In this document: piece by piece, positions 1 to 8,808 of the stretch
Position numbering within the stretch: the stretch's first letter is position 1
Layout of the letters: every line of letters starts with the position of its first letter
Source: Vibrio cholerae ATCC 14035
GTDB lineage: Bacteria; Pseudomonadota; Gammaproteobacteria; Enterobacterales; Vibrionaceae
Assembly: GCF_000621645.1 (NCBI RefSeq)
Contig: NZ_JHXR01000003.1
Span: forward strand, 210,001 to 242,000
Length of the DNA: 32,000 nt
Direction of reading: 5' to 3'
Position numbers and translations under genes: made by a program
Notes under the pieces: model-generated
Told to the model about the DNA's origin: nothing
The model's input: the letters and a program-made list of their open reading frames with translations, nothing else
Databases searched by the model: none

Positions 1-72
1 AAGCCCGGAGAGGAACTCAGCGTCAGCCATGTCCCAAAAGCTTTGTAGAGAATTACAAATAACGGTTTTCAT
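1..72 (-). CDS. possible 5' end of an unidentified CDS running off the left edge
   Basis: An ATG at 72-70 on the minus strand opens the frame MKTVICNSLQSFWDMADAEFLSGL, which stays open to the window edge. Only 24 codons are visible and the SD (AAGAG, 12 nt upstream) is weak. Plus-strand frame 1 is also open from the edge to a TAG at 46-48, so the assignment is ambiguous. Confidence 0.25.
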   Translation of the reverse strand, partial: MKTVICNSLQSFWDMADAEFLSGL

Positions 73-230
73 AGACGATTTGCTCTTAGATACGGAATGT
101 ACTCATAAAAGCAATCCATGCGTGAATTGAGAAAGATCTCAAGCGTCAAATCCTGACTCGATGATTGAACAACATTTAATCAAACGCGCGCATTCTACCG
201 ATCTCTCTCACAAAATAAAAGCGAAAATCG

Positions 231-261
231 AAGAAAAAAGATGCAACAATTTGCATCTTTT
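231..261 (-). terminator. intrinsic terminator downstream of argA
   Basis: A 9-bp stem pairs AAGATGCAA (238-246) with TTGCATCTT (251-259) around the loop CAAT. On the minus strand a run of six or more U follows, 40 nt after the argA stop. Confidence 0.8.
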
Positions 262-298
262 GTTCACTTCTGTTCACACGCTTTTCAACCTGTTGAAT

Positions 299-1636
299 TT
301 AAAGCTGCAGCATCAAAATTTTTGAGCGGCGTTGGTAGTTGTATAAGCTCTTTTTCGCCATCGGTAGCGCTTCGACATCGACTTCATTGAAACCTTGCTC
401 ACGGAACCAGTGTGTGCTGTGAGTGGTTAGCACAAATAGGTGACGAATGCCCATTTGCTTGGCTTGATGCTTGCTGTGCACCAATAAATGCAATCCACGG
501 TGGCCATCACGGTATTCGGGATGAATCGCGACACAAGCCATCTCAGCCATGCGTTCTTCTGGATAAGGGTAGAGTGCCGAGCAACCAATCACTAAACCAT
601 CTTTGTCGATGATGGTGAATTTATGGATCTCTTGCTCCAACTGTTCACGAGAACGGCGTACCAGAATGCCTTGTTCTTCCAACGGACGAATCAAATCAAA
701 AATACCGCCGATATCATCAATCGTGGCTTGGCGGATCTGCTCAGCACTCGCCATTACGATCTGGGTGCCGATACCATCAAACGAGAACAGCTCTTGGATT
801 AATGCACCATCTTCTTTGTAACTCACCAAGTGACTGCGCGGCACACCCGCGCGGCAGGCTTTTAAAGCGGCGCGCAAAAAACGCATGGTGCTGAAACACT
901 CTTCATCATCTGGCGCGCACTCTTGCTCCATGTTTTTGACGAGGCGTTCAACATCGCTTGGGAAGAGTTCGGCAATCGCATTGCCTTTGGTATCGATGAT
1001 CCCTTGCTGTGGGCAAAAACCGATCAGCTTGTCGGCTTTAAGTTTTATCGCCACTTGGGTCGCCACTTCCTCAGAAAGCAGATTGAAACACTCACCAGTG
1101 ACAGAGCTAGCAATCGGGCCAAGCAGCACAATCGAGCCTAAATCCAACATGCGGTTGATGCCTTCCACATCAATCCGGCGAATGCGCCCGCTGTGGCAGT
1201 AATCGACACCTTCATCTATACCTAGTGGTTGAGAGATGATGAAATTGCCGCTCACAACGTTGAGTTGAGTGCCCGCCATTGGCGTATTGTTGAGGCTCAT
1301 TGAAAGACGCGCAGTGATCGCGTGTTGTAGTTGTCCGGCGGCTTGCATCACTAAGCCGAGTGAGGATTCATCAGTGATCCGCACACCTTTGTGGTATGGC
1401 GTATCACGTTGATTTTTTTCAAGGATTTGATTGATTTGTGGCCGAGCTCCGTGCACGAGTACCACTTTAACGCCAAGGCTGTGCAGCAGAGCGATATCGC
1501 TGATGATGTTAGGAAAATTTTTATCGGCAATCGCTTCTCCTCCCAGCATAACAACCATGGTTTTCCCACGGTGGGCATTAACGTAGGGCGCTGACTGGCG
1601 AAATCCTTTGACGAGAGCGGTACTGCGAATTTTCAC
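299..1636 (-). CDS. argA: N-acetylglutamate synthase (amino-acid acetyltransferase)
   Basis: I trimmed ORF 299-1669 (TTG start) to the GTG at 1636, which has an AAGGA SD 9 nt upstream and gives 445 aa. The N-terminus [28 protein letters not shown] aligns with my memory of E. coli ArgA. The protein has an amino-acid-kinase-like domain and a C-terminal GNAT domain. ARG boxes lie upstream. Confidence 0.93.
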   Translation of the reverse strand: MKIRSTALVKGFRQSAPYVNAHRGKTMVVMLGGEAIADKNFPNIISDIALLHSLGVKVVLVHGARPQINQILEKNQRDTPYHKGVRITDESSLGLVMQAAGQLQHAITARLSMSLNNTPMAGTQLNVVSGNFIISQPLGIDEGVDYCHSGRIRRIDVEGINRMLDLGSIVLLGPIASSVTGECFNLLSEEVATQVAIKLKADKLIGFCPQQGIIDTKGNAIAELFPSDVERLVKNMEQECAPDDEECFSTMRFLRAALKACRAGVPRSHLVSYKEDGALIQELFSFDGIGTQIVMASAEQIRQATIDDIGGIFDLIRPLEEQGILVRRSREQLEQEIHKFTIIDKDGLVIGCSALYPYPEERMAEMACVAIHPEYRDGHRGLHLLVHSKHQAKQMGIRHLFVLTTHSTHWFREQGFNEVDVEALPMAKKSLYNYQRRSKILMLQL

Positions 1637-1650
1637 GGCTGAACATCCTT

Positions 1651-1689
1651 GGTGTTTAAATATGCGCAAATAATGACTTTTTATTCTTT
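1651..1689 (-). promoter_or_regulatory. candidate tandem ARG boxes (ArgR operator) overlapping the argA promoter
   Basis: Read on the minus strand, AGAATAAAAAGTCA (1687-1674) matches the TGAAT-wwww-ATTCA core at 8 of 10 positions. CGCATATTTAAACA (1666-1653) is a weaker second core at 6 of 10. The cores are 7 nt apart, which is the canonical 18-bp box plus 3-bp spacer geometry. They sit between a possible -35 (TTGCTC) and the SD of argA. Confidence 0.45.
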
Positions 1690-1729
1690 TTTGAGCAAGC
1701 GGTTTTTTATATGACCGATAGAATCCTCG

Positions 1730-1759
1730 GTTTATTGCAGACCCGTTTATTGCAGGCCC
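1730..1759. repeat. perfect-phase tandem direct repeat, 2 x 15 bp (GTTTATTGCAGaCCC / GTTTATTGCAGgCCC)
   Basis: Read directly: 14 of 15 positions are identical and the copies are head-to-tail. The repeat lies in the divergent intergenic region between argA and the 1907 gene. Its function is unknown. Confidence 0.9.
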
Positions 1760-1906
1760 TATGGGTCAAAATAAATGGGATGTAAAACAGAAGGATGACA
1801 AAAGTATGAACAGTAAGGTTGAACGCTGCATCAATCTGTATGAGCAGTGCAGTTAATGGTGCAAAGCCTCGCCCCAAGAGGCTTGGATAAAGTGAGATAA
1901 AGCGGT

Positions 1907-2311
1907 ATGGCAAAAACGGAAAGCAAAAGTAAAGCCTTGAGTAAAGAGCGTTTATTGCTCTTGCTCGCGATTTTAGGCACCTCCTACGTTTTGATGCTGT
2001 ACAGCAACATCTTTGGTCGTCTGCAAGAGCAGTGGTTTCCTAAGTCTGAGCTATATGGAATATGGGTTGAGCAGAATGTTGCCCCTTATGCGGCACAAAA
2101 AATCACCATTGGCACTCAAGGTATTGTGTTGAATGGGCGTTTAGTCACCACCCATTTTAACTACGATGGCGCTCGACTCGAATTTACGGTGAATGGGCAG
2201 CCGTATCAGTTTGAGATCATGCTGGAGAAAAAGCAGATGAAACAGCGTTCGTCCGCTAACTATCAGCCAGTTTATCAATTGTCAGAAAAAGTAAAAAATA
2301 ATCGCTATTAA
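1907..2311 (+). CDS. hypothetical membrane-anchored protein (134 aa; resembles Vibrio DUF2850-type proteins)
   Basis: The ORF starts with ATG and has a single N-terminal hydrophobic helix (LLLLLAILGTSYVLMLY) followed by a soluble domain. It has a conserved-looking position between argA and mltA. I cannot assign a function. Confidence 0.6.
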   Translation: MAKTESKSKALSKERLLLLLAILGTSYVLMLYSNIFGRLQEQWFPKSELYGIWVEQNVAPYAAQKITIGTQGIVLNGRLVTTHFNYDGARLEFTVNGQPYQFEIMLEKKQMKQRSSANYQPVYQLSEKVKNNRY

Positions 2312-2381
2312 TCAAACGCCAATTGCACAGTTTCACTGACTTTGTCATGCTCTTGGCAAACATAAACCATGGACCTCTTTT

Positions 2382-3488
2382 GTGAGTAAACGTCTTCTTT
2401 CTCTCGCCAGTTTGGCACTGCTGTTTGGTTGTGCTCAGCAACCTAACGATCGTGCTCAGCAATACCAACAACAAACTTTTCCACACATTTTGAATCGTGC
2501 CGATGTGGTTGAATCCAATAAGCCGCGTGACTATACCGAATTCAGTAAACAGAGTGAGTTGGTCGTGCAAGGCTCAGCCTCCATGGCCAAGATCTATCGA
2601 CCGCTGTATGAACAATTGAATGAGTGGGTTCTGCAAAGCGGAGATCCTGCCACTTTAGCGCAATTTGGTATTCAAGCAGCGCAGTTAGGTGGCGGGGATA
2701 AACAAGGTAACGTATTGTTTACTGGCTATTTTTCACCTGTGATTGAGCTGCGTCATCAACCCGACAGCGTGTTTAAATATCCGGTTTACGGCTTGCCAAA
2801 ATGCAACAAAAACTGCCCCACTCGAGCGGAGATTTACCAAGGTGCGCTGGATGGTCAAGGTTTAGAATTGGGCTATGCGGAGAACTTGATCGATCCTTTC
2901 ATCATGGAAGTGCAGGGCAGTGGCTTTGTTCACTTTGGGGATGACGATACTTTGGAATACTTCGCTTACGCGGGTAAAAATAACAAGGCTTACGTCAGCA
3001 TTGGTAAAGTGTTGATTGAACGCGGTTTGGTTGAGCGCGAGAAAATGTCGCTCAAAGCGATCAAAGATTGGGTGCTGGCCAACGATGAAGCCACCGTACG
3101 TGAACTGCTTGAGGAAAACCCTTCCTTCGTATTTTTCAAACCCAGCGCCGCGGCACCTGTGAAGGGCAGCGCCGGGATTCCTTTATTGCCGATGGCATCG
3201 GTTGCCGGGGACCGTTCAATTTTGCCTATGGGGACGCCAATTCTAGCGGAAGTCCCCCTGCTGAATGCCGATGGCACTTGGTCTGGCGCACATCAACTGC
3301 GTTTGTTGATTGTGCTTGATACAGGCGGTGCCGTGAAACAAAACCATCTCGACTTGTACCACGGTATGGGACCACGTGCAGGGTTAGAAGCGGGGCACTA
3401 TAAGCACTTTGGCCGTGTGTGGAAACTCGGGTTAGAAAACTCGCCTACCCAAGCACCATGGGCATTGCCGCCGGAAAAACAGCAATAG
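2382..3488 (+). CDS. mltA: membrane-bound lytic murein transglycosylase A
   Basis: The ORF starts with GTG and has a lipoprotein signal with lipobox LLFGC. MltA-type motifs are present (IMEVQGSG, LDTGGAVK, HLDLYHG), and the length of 368 aa is close to E. coli MltA. Synteny with tcdA, csdE and csdA matches E. coli. Confidence 0.9.
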   Translation: MSKRLLSLASLALLFGCAQQPNDRAQQYQQQTFPHILNRADVVESNKPRDYTEFSKQSELVVQGSASMAKIYRPLYEQLNEWVLQSGDPATLAQFGIQAAQLGGGDKQGNVLFTGYFSPVIELRHQPDSVFKYPVYGLPKCNKNCPTRAEIYQGALDGQGLELGYAENLIDPFIMEVQGSGFVHFGDDDTLEYFAYAGKNNKAYVSIGKVLIERGLVEREKMSLKAIKDWVLANDEATVRELLEENPSFVFFKPSAAAPVKGSAGIPLLPMASVAGDRSILPMGTPILAEVPLLNADGTWSGAHQLRLLIVLDTGGAVKQNHLDLYHGMGPRAGLEAGHYKHFGRVWKLGLENSPTQAPWALPPEKQQ

Positions 3489-3532
3489 TTTTTCCTGATA
3501 TTGTGCCGGTAGCAAACTGGACATTTTTGTGA

Positions 3533-3564
3533 AGAGTGCGTATAAATCGCACTCTTTATTTTTC
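3533..3564 (+). terminator. intrinsic terminator after mltA
   Basis: An 8-bp stem pairs AGAGTGCG (3533-3540) with CGCACTCT (3548-3555) around the loop TATAAAT, followed by TTATTTTT. Confidence 0.8.
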
Positions 3565-3585
3565 AGCTAGAGTGGAAATGTGGTT

Positions 3586-4401
3586 ATGCGTGAACTCGAT
3601 ACTCCTGCCTCCGACAGTTACAACCAACGTTTTGGTGGTACGCGCCGTTTGTATGGTTATGACGAAGTCGACATTTTACGTGCCGCGCACGTGTGTGTGA
3701 TTGGGATTGGTGGTGTCGGTTCATGGGCGGTAGAAGCTCTGGCGCGCACTGGTATTGGTGAGTTGACGTTGATTGATATGGATGATGTGTGTGTCACTAA
3801 CATCAACCGTCAAATCCATGCCATGACCGGGACGATTGGCAAAAGCAAAATTGAAGTGATGGCGGAGCGCGTTAAGCTCATCAATCCAGAGTGCAAAGTC
3901 AATTTGGTGGATGACTTCATCACGCCGGATAATCAACATCTTTATCTCAATAAATCCTTTGATTATGTGTTGGATGCGATTGACAGCTTGAAAGCCAAAG
4001 CTTCTCTTCTGGCTTACTGCCGCAGCAACAAAATCAAAGTGATTACAGTCGGAGGTGCGGGCGGACAAACCGATCCAACGCAAATCACCGTGGCCGATTT
4101 GACCAAGACGATTCAAGATCCACTGGCGAAAAAGCTCAAAGATCGCCTGCGTCAGCACCACAACTTCCCAACCAATCCAGCGCGTAAATTTGGGATTGAT
4201 TGTGTTTTCTCGACCGAGCAACTCAAATACCCACAAGCCGATGGTTCGGTATGCGCGACCAAATCAACCGCAGAAGGTCCAAAACGTATGGATTGCGCCA
4301 GCGGATTTGGCGCTGCGACGGTAGTGACGGCGACGTTTGGTTTTGTCGCGGTGGCGCGCATCGTCGATAAATTGATTCAAAAGCATAAAGTGAAGGCGTG
4401 A
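3586..4401 (+). CDS. tcdA: tRNA threonylcarbamoyladenosine (t6A) dehydratase TcdA/CsdL
   Basis: The protein is near-colinear with E. coli TcdA as I recall it (RFGGTRRLYG, VIGIGGVGSWAVEALARTGIG, DMDDVCVTNINRQIH, GPKRMDCASGFGAAT). I chose the ATG at 3586 because GAGTGGA lies 9 nt upstream. The GTG at 3580 given in the ORF track is an alternative start. Confidence 0.9.
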   Translation: MRELDTPASDSYNQRFGGTRRLYGYDEVDILRAAHVCVIGIGGVGSWAVEALARTGIGELTLIDMDDVCVTNINRQIHAMTGTIGKSKIEVMAERVKLINPECKVNLVDDFITPDNQHLYLNKSFDYVLDAIDSLKAKASLLAYCRSNKIKVITVGGAGGQTDPTQITVADLTKTIQDPLAKKLKDRLRQHHNFPTNPARKFGIDCVFSTEQLKYPQADGSVCATKSTAEGPKRMDCASGFGAATVVTATFGFVAVARIVDKLIQKHKVKA

Positions 4402-4405
4402 GGGC

Positions 4406-4840
4406 ATGATGAGTCCATTTCCCGCTCATCCCTTTGGTGATGACATTAATGCACAAACCGTCTTAGAAACCATGCAAACATTGCGCGGTTGGGAAGATCG
4501 TTATCGCCAGATCATCCAATGGGGCAAACTGCTGCCTGTGATGCCAGAAGCGCTGAAAAGTGAGCAAGTTCTTGTCTCGGGCTGTGAAAGTGAAGTGTGG
4601 CTAGTGGCAGAGCAGCAAGGTGAGCAGTGGTTTTTCTGCGCGGATTCCGATGCGCGGATTGTGCGCGGTTTGATTGCGATTGTGTTGGCGGCACTGAATG
4701 GCAAAACGTCTGCAGAAATTAGCGCGTTTTCTATGGATGACTACTTTGCCGAGCTTGGCTTGCTGGCGCATTTAAGCCCATCACGCGGTAATGGGTTGCA
4801 AGCGATTGTGGCGACGATTCAGGCCAAAGCGCATCACTAA
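4406..4840 (+). CDS. csdE: cysteine desulfurase sulfur acceptor CsdE (SufE-like)
   Basis: The 144-aa product has a SufE/CsdE fold signature with the acceptor cysteine in VSGCESEVWL. It starts 4 nt after the tcdA stop. Confidence 0.85.
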   Translation: MMSPFPAHPFGDDINAQTVLETMQTLRGWEDRYRQIIQWGKLLPVMPEALKSEQVLVSGCESEVWLVAEQQGEQWFFCADSDARIVRGLIAIVLAALNGKTSAEISAFSMDDYFAELGLLAHLSPSRGNGLQAIVATIQAKAHH

Positions 4841-4859
4841 CGACATACTTTTTCCAAGC

Positions 4860-4889
4860 AAAAGAGCCTCATAACCATGAGGCTCTTTT
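4860..4889. terminator. bidirectional intrinsic terminator shared by convergent csdE and csdA
   Basis: A perfect 13-bp inverted repeat pairs AAAAGAGCCTCAT with ATGAGGCTCTTTT around the loop AACC. T-runs are available on both strands. Confidence 0.85.
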
Positions 4890-4909
4890 GCTATCAGTTC
4901 TGCCGATGT

Positions 4910-6121
4910 TTACAGTAAATCGACCGCTTTATGGATGGCGGCGATCAAGCGTTCCACCTCTTCTGCGCTGTTGTACACTCCGAAAGAAATTCGCACCGTC
5001 CCTTTTACGCCAAAGGCATCCATCAAAGGATGAGCACAATGATGCCCCGCACGAACGGCAATTCCTTGTTGATCGAGTAAGGTGGCGAGGTCTTGATGAT
5101 GTACGCCATCCATCACTAAGCTCAGTACACTGGCGTTAGGCTGATAACCGAGCACGCGAATATCATCGATTTGCGAAATAGCTTGGTAAGCTTGCTGTTG
5201 CAGTTGGTGTAAGTGCGCTTCCACGGCGGCTCGATCAAGACTTTGATACCAGTCAATCGCGGTGGCCAGAGCAATGGCACCTGCCACATTCGGCGTGCCT
5301 GCTTCAAATTTTCCGGGCAAGCCGGTAAAGGTTGTACCATCAAACGAGACCTTTTCAACCATCTTGCCGCCGCCATGCCAAGGTGGCATGGCTTCTAAAA
5401 GCGCCGTTTTGCCGTACAACACACCAATCCCTGCTGGCGCATACAGCTTATGGCCCGAGAATACATAGAAATCCGCATCCAGCGCGCGAACGTCTACGGT
5501 TTCATGGACTATGCCTTGAGCGCCATCGATCACCACAATCGCGCCTTGTTGATGTGCGGCTTGGATGACTGCTTCAATCGGCTGGCGAGTTCCCGTGACA
5601 TTGGTGATATGGGCTAGGGCTACGATTTTGCAGCGTGGTGACAGCAATTGCCGAAAGGCAGCAAGGCCAAATTCACCCGTTGTTGTCATCGGGATTTTGA
5701 CCACTTTCGCGCCCGTTTGCTCAGCGACCATTTGCCACGGCACGATATTGGCGTGGTGTTCAGTTTCACTGACCAGAATCTCATCCCCAGCTTGTAATGT
5801 GCTGCGGGCATAACTTTGTGCAATGAGGTTGAGTGCTTCGGTAGCACCGCGCGTCCAGATAATATTTTTGCTGCTTGGCGCACCAATAAATTGTGCGACT
5901 TGTTCACGCGCGCCTTCAAATTGGCTGGTGGCTTGCGCCGTCAAGCTGTGGCTACCGCGATGTACATTGGCATTGTGCTGGCTGTAGTAGTGGCTGATGG
6001 CATCAATCACACATTGTGGTTTTTGCGTAGTGGCCGCACTGTCGAGATAGACCAGCGGGTTACCGTTGACGATTTGTTGCAGCGCCGGAAACTGCGCACG
6101 GATTGCATCAAGATTGAGCAT
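4910..6121 (-). CDS. csdA: cysteine desulfurase CsdA (class V PLP aminotransferase, group II)
   Basis: The PLP lysine lies in FSGHKLY and the catalytic cysteine in RAGHHCAHP. The protein is colinear with E. coli CsdA. I placed the start at the ATG at 6121; the ORF track's 6124 is a TTG one codon upstream. Confidence 0.9.
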   Translation of the reverse strand: MLNLDAIRAQFPALQQIVNGNPLVYLDSAATTQKPQCVIDAISHYYSQHNANVHRGSHSLTAQATSQFEGAREQVAQFIGAPSSKNIIWTRGATEALNLIAQSYARSTLQAGDEILVSETEHHANIVPWQMVAEQTGAKVVKIPMTTTGEFGLAAFRQLLSPRCKIVALAHITNVTGTRQPIEAVIQAAHQQGAIVVIDGAQGIVHETVDVRALDADFYVFSGHKLYAPAGIGVLYGKTALLEAMPPWHGGGKMVEKVSFDGTTFTGLPGKFEAGTPNVAGAIALATAIDWYQSLDRAAVEAHLHQLQQQAYQAISQIDDIRVLGYQPNASVLSLVMDGVHHQDLATLLDQQGIAVRAGHHCAHPLMDAFGVKGTVRISFGVYNSAEEVERLIAAIHKAVDLL

Positions 6122-6713
6122 CAATAAAACCTGAAAGTTCGGTCAGTTGTTGAGGATGAAGAACCATGGGGGCGGCAACGTGTTGCGCCAATTCCACGCC
6201 TGCGAGCAGTGCAATCATGGCGAGCGCAAACTCCAGAGCGGTGCCTGGCCCTTGGCTGGTGAGTAAATGTTGCGTGGCATAGTAACAGACGCGCTGACGA
6301 CTCAGACGCTCTGAAGGAATATGGTCAAAAAAGTTGGGGTGACAAGTCATGCGTGCGCCGACAAATTTCTGCTGTTTGGCGAAAACCAGTGCAGGTGTCG
6401 CGCAAATTGCGGCAACCAGTTTGCCTTGTTGTGAGAACGCATCAATCAGTGCAAGTAGCGCAGTACTATCGGCAAACGCTTGCGCTCCGCCCACACCTCC
6501 GGGCAGTGCCAGTGCATCAAACGCTTCTGCCGAGCACGCTTCAAGCGTCTGCTCTGCCGTCAGCCAAACACCCCGTGAGCCTTGCACTTGTAACTTGTCG
6601 CCGACCGCTGCCATGGTGACCTGAAATCCTGCGCGCACCAAAGTATCGACGATGATGACAGTTTCCATCTCCTCGCTGCCATGGGCTACGGGGACGAGAA
6701 TTCGTTTGCTCAT
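6108..6713 (-). CDS. yajL: DJ-1/PfpI-family protein deglycase YajL (ThiJ)
   Basis: The N-terminus is MSKRILVPVAHGSEEME and the nucleophile-elbow cysteine lies in VAAICATP. A TSQGPGTALEF motif is also present. I trimmed the start to the ATG at 6713, which overlaps the panE stop as ATGA. The 3' end overlaps csdA by 14 nt. Confidence 0.88.
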   Translation of the reverse strand: MSKRILVPVAHGSEEMETVIIVDTLVRAGFQVTMAAVGDKLQVQGSRGVWLTAEQTLEACSAEAFDALALPGGVGGAQAFADSTALLALIDAFSQQGKLVAAICATPALVFAKQQKFVGARMTCHPNFFDHIPSERLSRQRVCYYATQHLLTSQGPGTALEFALAMIALLAGVELAQHVAAPMVLHPQQLTELSGFIDAQS

Positions 6714-7600
6714 GCCTTGCTCCAACTCTGCTCTAAGGTTTTGATTTGTTGATATAACGCGCTGTTTACCGGAGTTGCAATGCCATGCTGTTCGCCTTTG
6801 CGTACTACGTAACCAGTAATAAAGTCTATCTCGGTTGGACGTCGGTGGAAAACATCTTGATGCATGGAGGAGAGATTGGCCGCCGTAGCTTGGATTACTT
6901 GATAAACCCCATCACGCAGTGCTTCAGCCTCACCGCTTATCGCTTCTGCCTGCATAACGGCTGTCACCTCATCTAAAATGGCAGTGATGATCGGCGTAAA
7001 TTCAGGTGCAACTAATGCACCGTTGGCGCATTGATGAATCGCGGTTAGCGGATTTATCGCGCAATTCACCGCGAGTTTGCGCCACAAAGCCTGTTGGATC
7101 TCTGGATTCCATGTCACTGGAGCGAGTGCGTGATTAAAAACGTCTGCGATAAAATCACAACGTGCACCGAGGGCATTAAAAGGACCCACTTGGGTTTGGC
7201 CGAATCCCGTATGACTCACTTGGTTGAGCGTGGCTTTTAGCGCGCCATGAGTGGTGGTTGCAAACAATACCGGAAAGTGAGTCAAAGATTCGCTTATGGC
7301 TTCGACTGCGCCCATGCCATTGTGCATAAACAGCAAAATGGTTTCTCGATTCAGATGGGGGAGCAAAGGCTGTAATGCCGCTTCCACTTGCCAAGCCTTG
7401 ACGGTGATCAGCAGTAAATCGGCATGGATGAGCGTGTCTAAATTTTGATTACGAAATGAAATGGGCGCTTCTTCATCGAGCTGGAGCGTTATGGTCGGCT
7501 GAGCTTGACGGCTCCATAGCGCGACTTGATGACCTGCACTATGTAAGTGCAGCGCCCACAAAGAGCCGACCGCTCCCGGGCCAAGTACCACAATATTCAT
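6710..7600 (-). CDS. panE: 2-dehydropantoate 2-reductase (ketopantoate reductase)
   Basis: The N-terminus carries a Rossmann motif, VLGPGAVGSLWA. PanE motifs are present (KAWQV, WRKLAVNCAINPLTA, SSMHQD). The panE-yajL adjacency matches E. coli. Confidence 0.9.
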   Translation of the reverse strand: MNIVVLGPGAVGSLWALHLHSAGHQVALWSRQAQPTITLQLDEEAPISFRNQNLDTLIHADLLLITVKAWQVEAALQPLLPHLNRETILLFMHNGMGAVEAISESLTHFPVLFATTTHGALKATLNQVSHTGFGQTQVGPFNALGARCDFIADVFNHALAPVTWNPEIQQALWRKLAVNCAINPLTAIHQCANGALVAPEFTPIITAILDEVTAVMQAEAISGEAEALRDGVYQVIQATAANLSSMHQDVFHRRPTEIDFITGYVVRKGEQHGIATPVNSALYQQIKTLEQSWSKA

Positions 7601-7660
7601 CTCTGTCCCCTGCTGAAAATCGAATGCGCCAAGGATAACGAGGGGAGTTTTGAAAGCAAT

Positions 7661-7689
7661 AAAAAATGGCGCGAAGTCGCGCCATTTTT
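7661..7689 (-). terminator. intrinsic terminator after ompK
   Basis: An 8-bp GC-rich stem pairs ATGGCGCG (7666-7673) with CGCGCCAT (7678-7685) around the loop AAGT, flanked by an A5 run and a T4 run. It reads as hairpin plus U-run on the minus strand, about 50 nt after the ompK stop. Confidence 0.85.
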
Positions 7690-7738
7690 ACTGTTTAGGC
7701 TCTTTCCTGTTTAGGAAGGAGCGTGCAGATGTCTACAA

Positions 7739-8539
7739 TTAGAACTTGTAAGTTACTGCTACGTAGTGGCCAAAGCCTGTTGACTTGAAGCCATCGGTAT
7801 CTTTGATTCCGTAAACGTCTTTGTAGCCTTTTAGACCGTAGCCTACAGCGAAACGATCTGAATGCCAGTAGATACCGTTAAACATCGCACCGCCGTTGCT
7901 GGCTGTCGAGTATTCATCTTTAAGGCCGAATTGGTAATCGATATAACCTTGGTAAGAGATGAATGAACCGTTCTCGAAGAAATAGAAAGGTTTAAACCAG
8001 TTGGTCGAGATTTGGAAGCCGTTCCAATCTTTGCGGTTGCCATCATAAGTACCGTATAGGTTCAGGCCAACTTTGCCAAACCATGGAACCATCACATCAG
8101 AACCAAGACCAATTTTCTGGTTGTTTACAGAAAATGCGTTGGTTTTAAAATCTGTACCATCCCATTCGAACAGTGATGCAACGTAAACTTCTTGTACTGG
8201 ACCGAAAGACATATCAACGCCAGTAAATGCATCCAGAGACATACGTGGAGCAAACTTCATGAAGATTTTTGGATCGCCAACTTTGTCACTGCTTTTGTTC
8301 GTTGCTAAGTTAAACACGTCAACGTAACCGTACAGATCAAAGATACCAGAACGACCGCCAAATTCCATTTCCAGATAATCATGAGATGATTTGCCTGGAA
8401 GTTCGTCGAATGCACCCATCAGGTTAAATTGCATCCACTTGTAATCGTTTTTGTGGATATCGCCATCTGAGTAGTCAGCGGCCAGAACAGGTGCTGAAGT
8501 TGCTGCCAATAGGCTTAAAGCAAGAAGTGATTTACGCAT
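7739..8539 (-). CDS. ompK: Tsx-family nucleoside-specific outer-membrane channel OmpK
   Basis: I trimmed the start to the ATG at 8539, giving the signal peptide MRKSLLALSLLAATSAPVLA/ADYSDG. The product is an aromatic-rich beta-barrel ending in the typical C-terminal YKF. It is Tsx/OmpK-like throughout. Confidence 0.9.
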   Translation of the reverse strand: MRKSLLALSLLAATSAPVLAADYSDGDIHKNDYKWMQFNLMGAFDELPGKSSHDYLEMEFGGRSGIFDLYGYVDVFNLATNKSSDKVGDPKIFMKFAPRMSLDAFTGVDMSFGPVQEVYVASLFEWDGTDFKTNAFSVNNQKIGLGSDVMVPWFGKVGLNLYGTYDGNRKDWNGFQISTNWFKPFYFFENGSFISYQGYIDYQFGLKDEYSTASNGGAMFNGIYWHSDRFAVGYGLKGYKDVYGIKDTDGFKSTGFGHYVAVTYKF

Positions 8540-8662
8540 AAGGGGAACTCTCTGTAAGTGTGTTGTGTATGGCGGCCGCATAACTGCAGCTCGTTCAACT
8601 GGCGGGCATAATAACGATAAAAATCGCAATTAAAAGTGATAAGAAGTGCAAAATTAAAGGCA

Positions 8663-8684
8663 TTGAGTGATAGCAATCACACCT
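8663..8684. promoter_or_regulatory. candidate CRP binding site upstream of ompK
   Basis: ttgAGTGAtagcaaTCACAcct matches the TGTGA-N6-TCACA core at 9 of 10 positions. The site centre is about 134 nt upstream of the ompK ATG. Confidence 0.55.
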
Positions 8685-8808
8685 TTGTTAATTAATTTTG
8701 AACTTATTTTGTATTTCACAATTTTGCATTTTTATTGTGATCTTAATCGCTTTGGTTGAGAGTTGACTAAACTTATACGCTAATCGATAAACCAACAAAT
8801 TCAGTGAG

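Noticed and set aside
1707-1913. A 68-aa minus-strand ORF fills the argA / 1907-gene intergenic region and is hydrophobic ([17 protein letters not shown]).
   Set aside because: It starts with TTG and has no SD. It overlaps the divergent ATG of the 1907 gene. Its C-terminal CNKRVCNKP repeat is simply the translated 15-bp DNA tandem repeat. It is most likely a non-coding promoter region, although ribosome profiling could revisit this.
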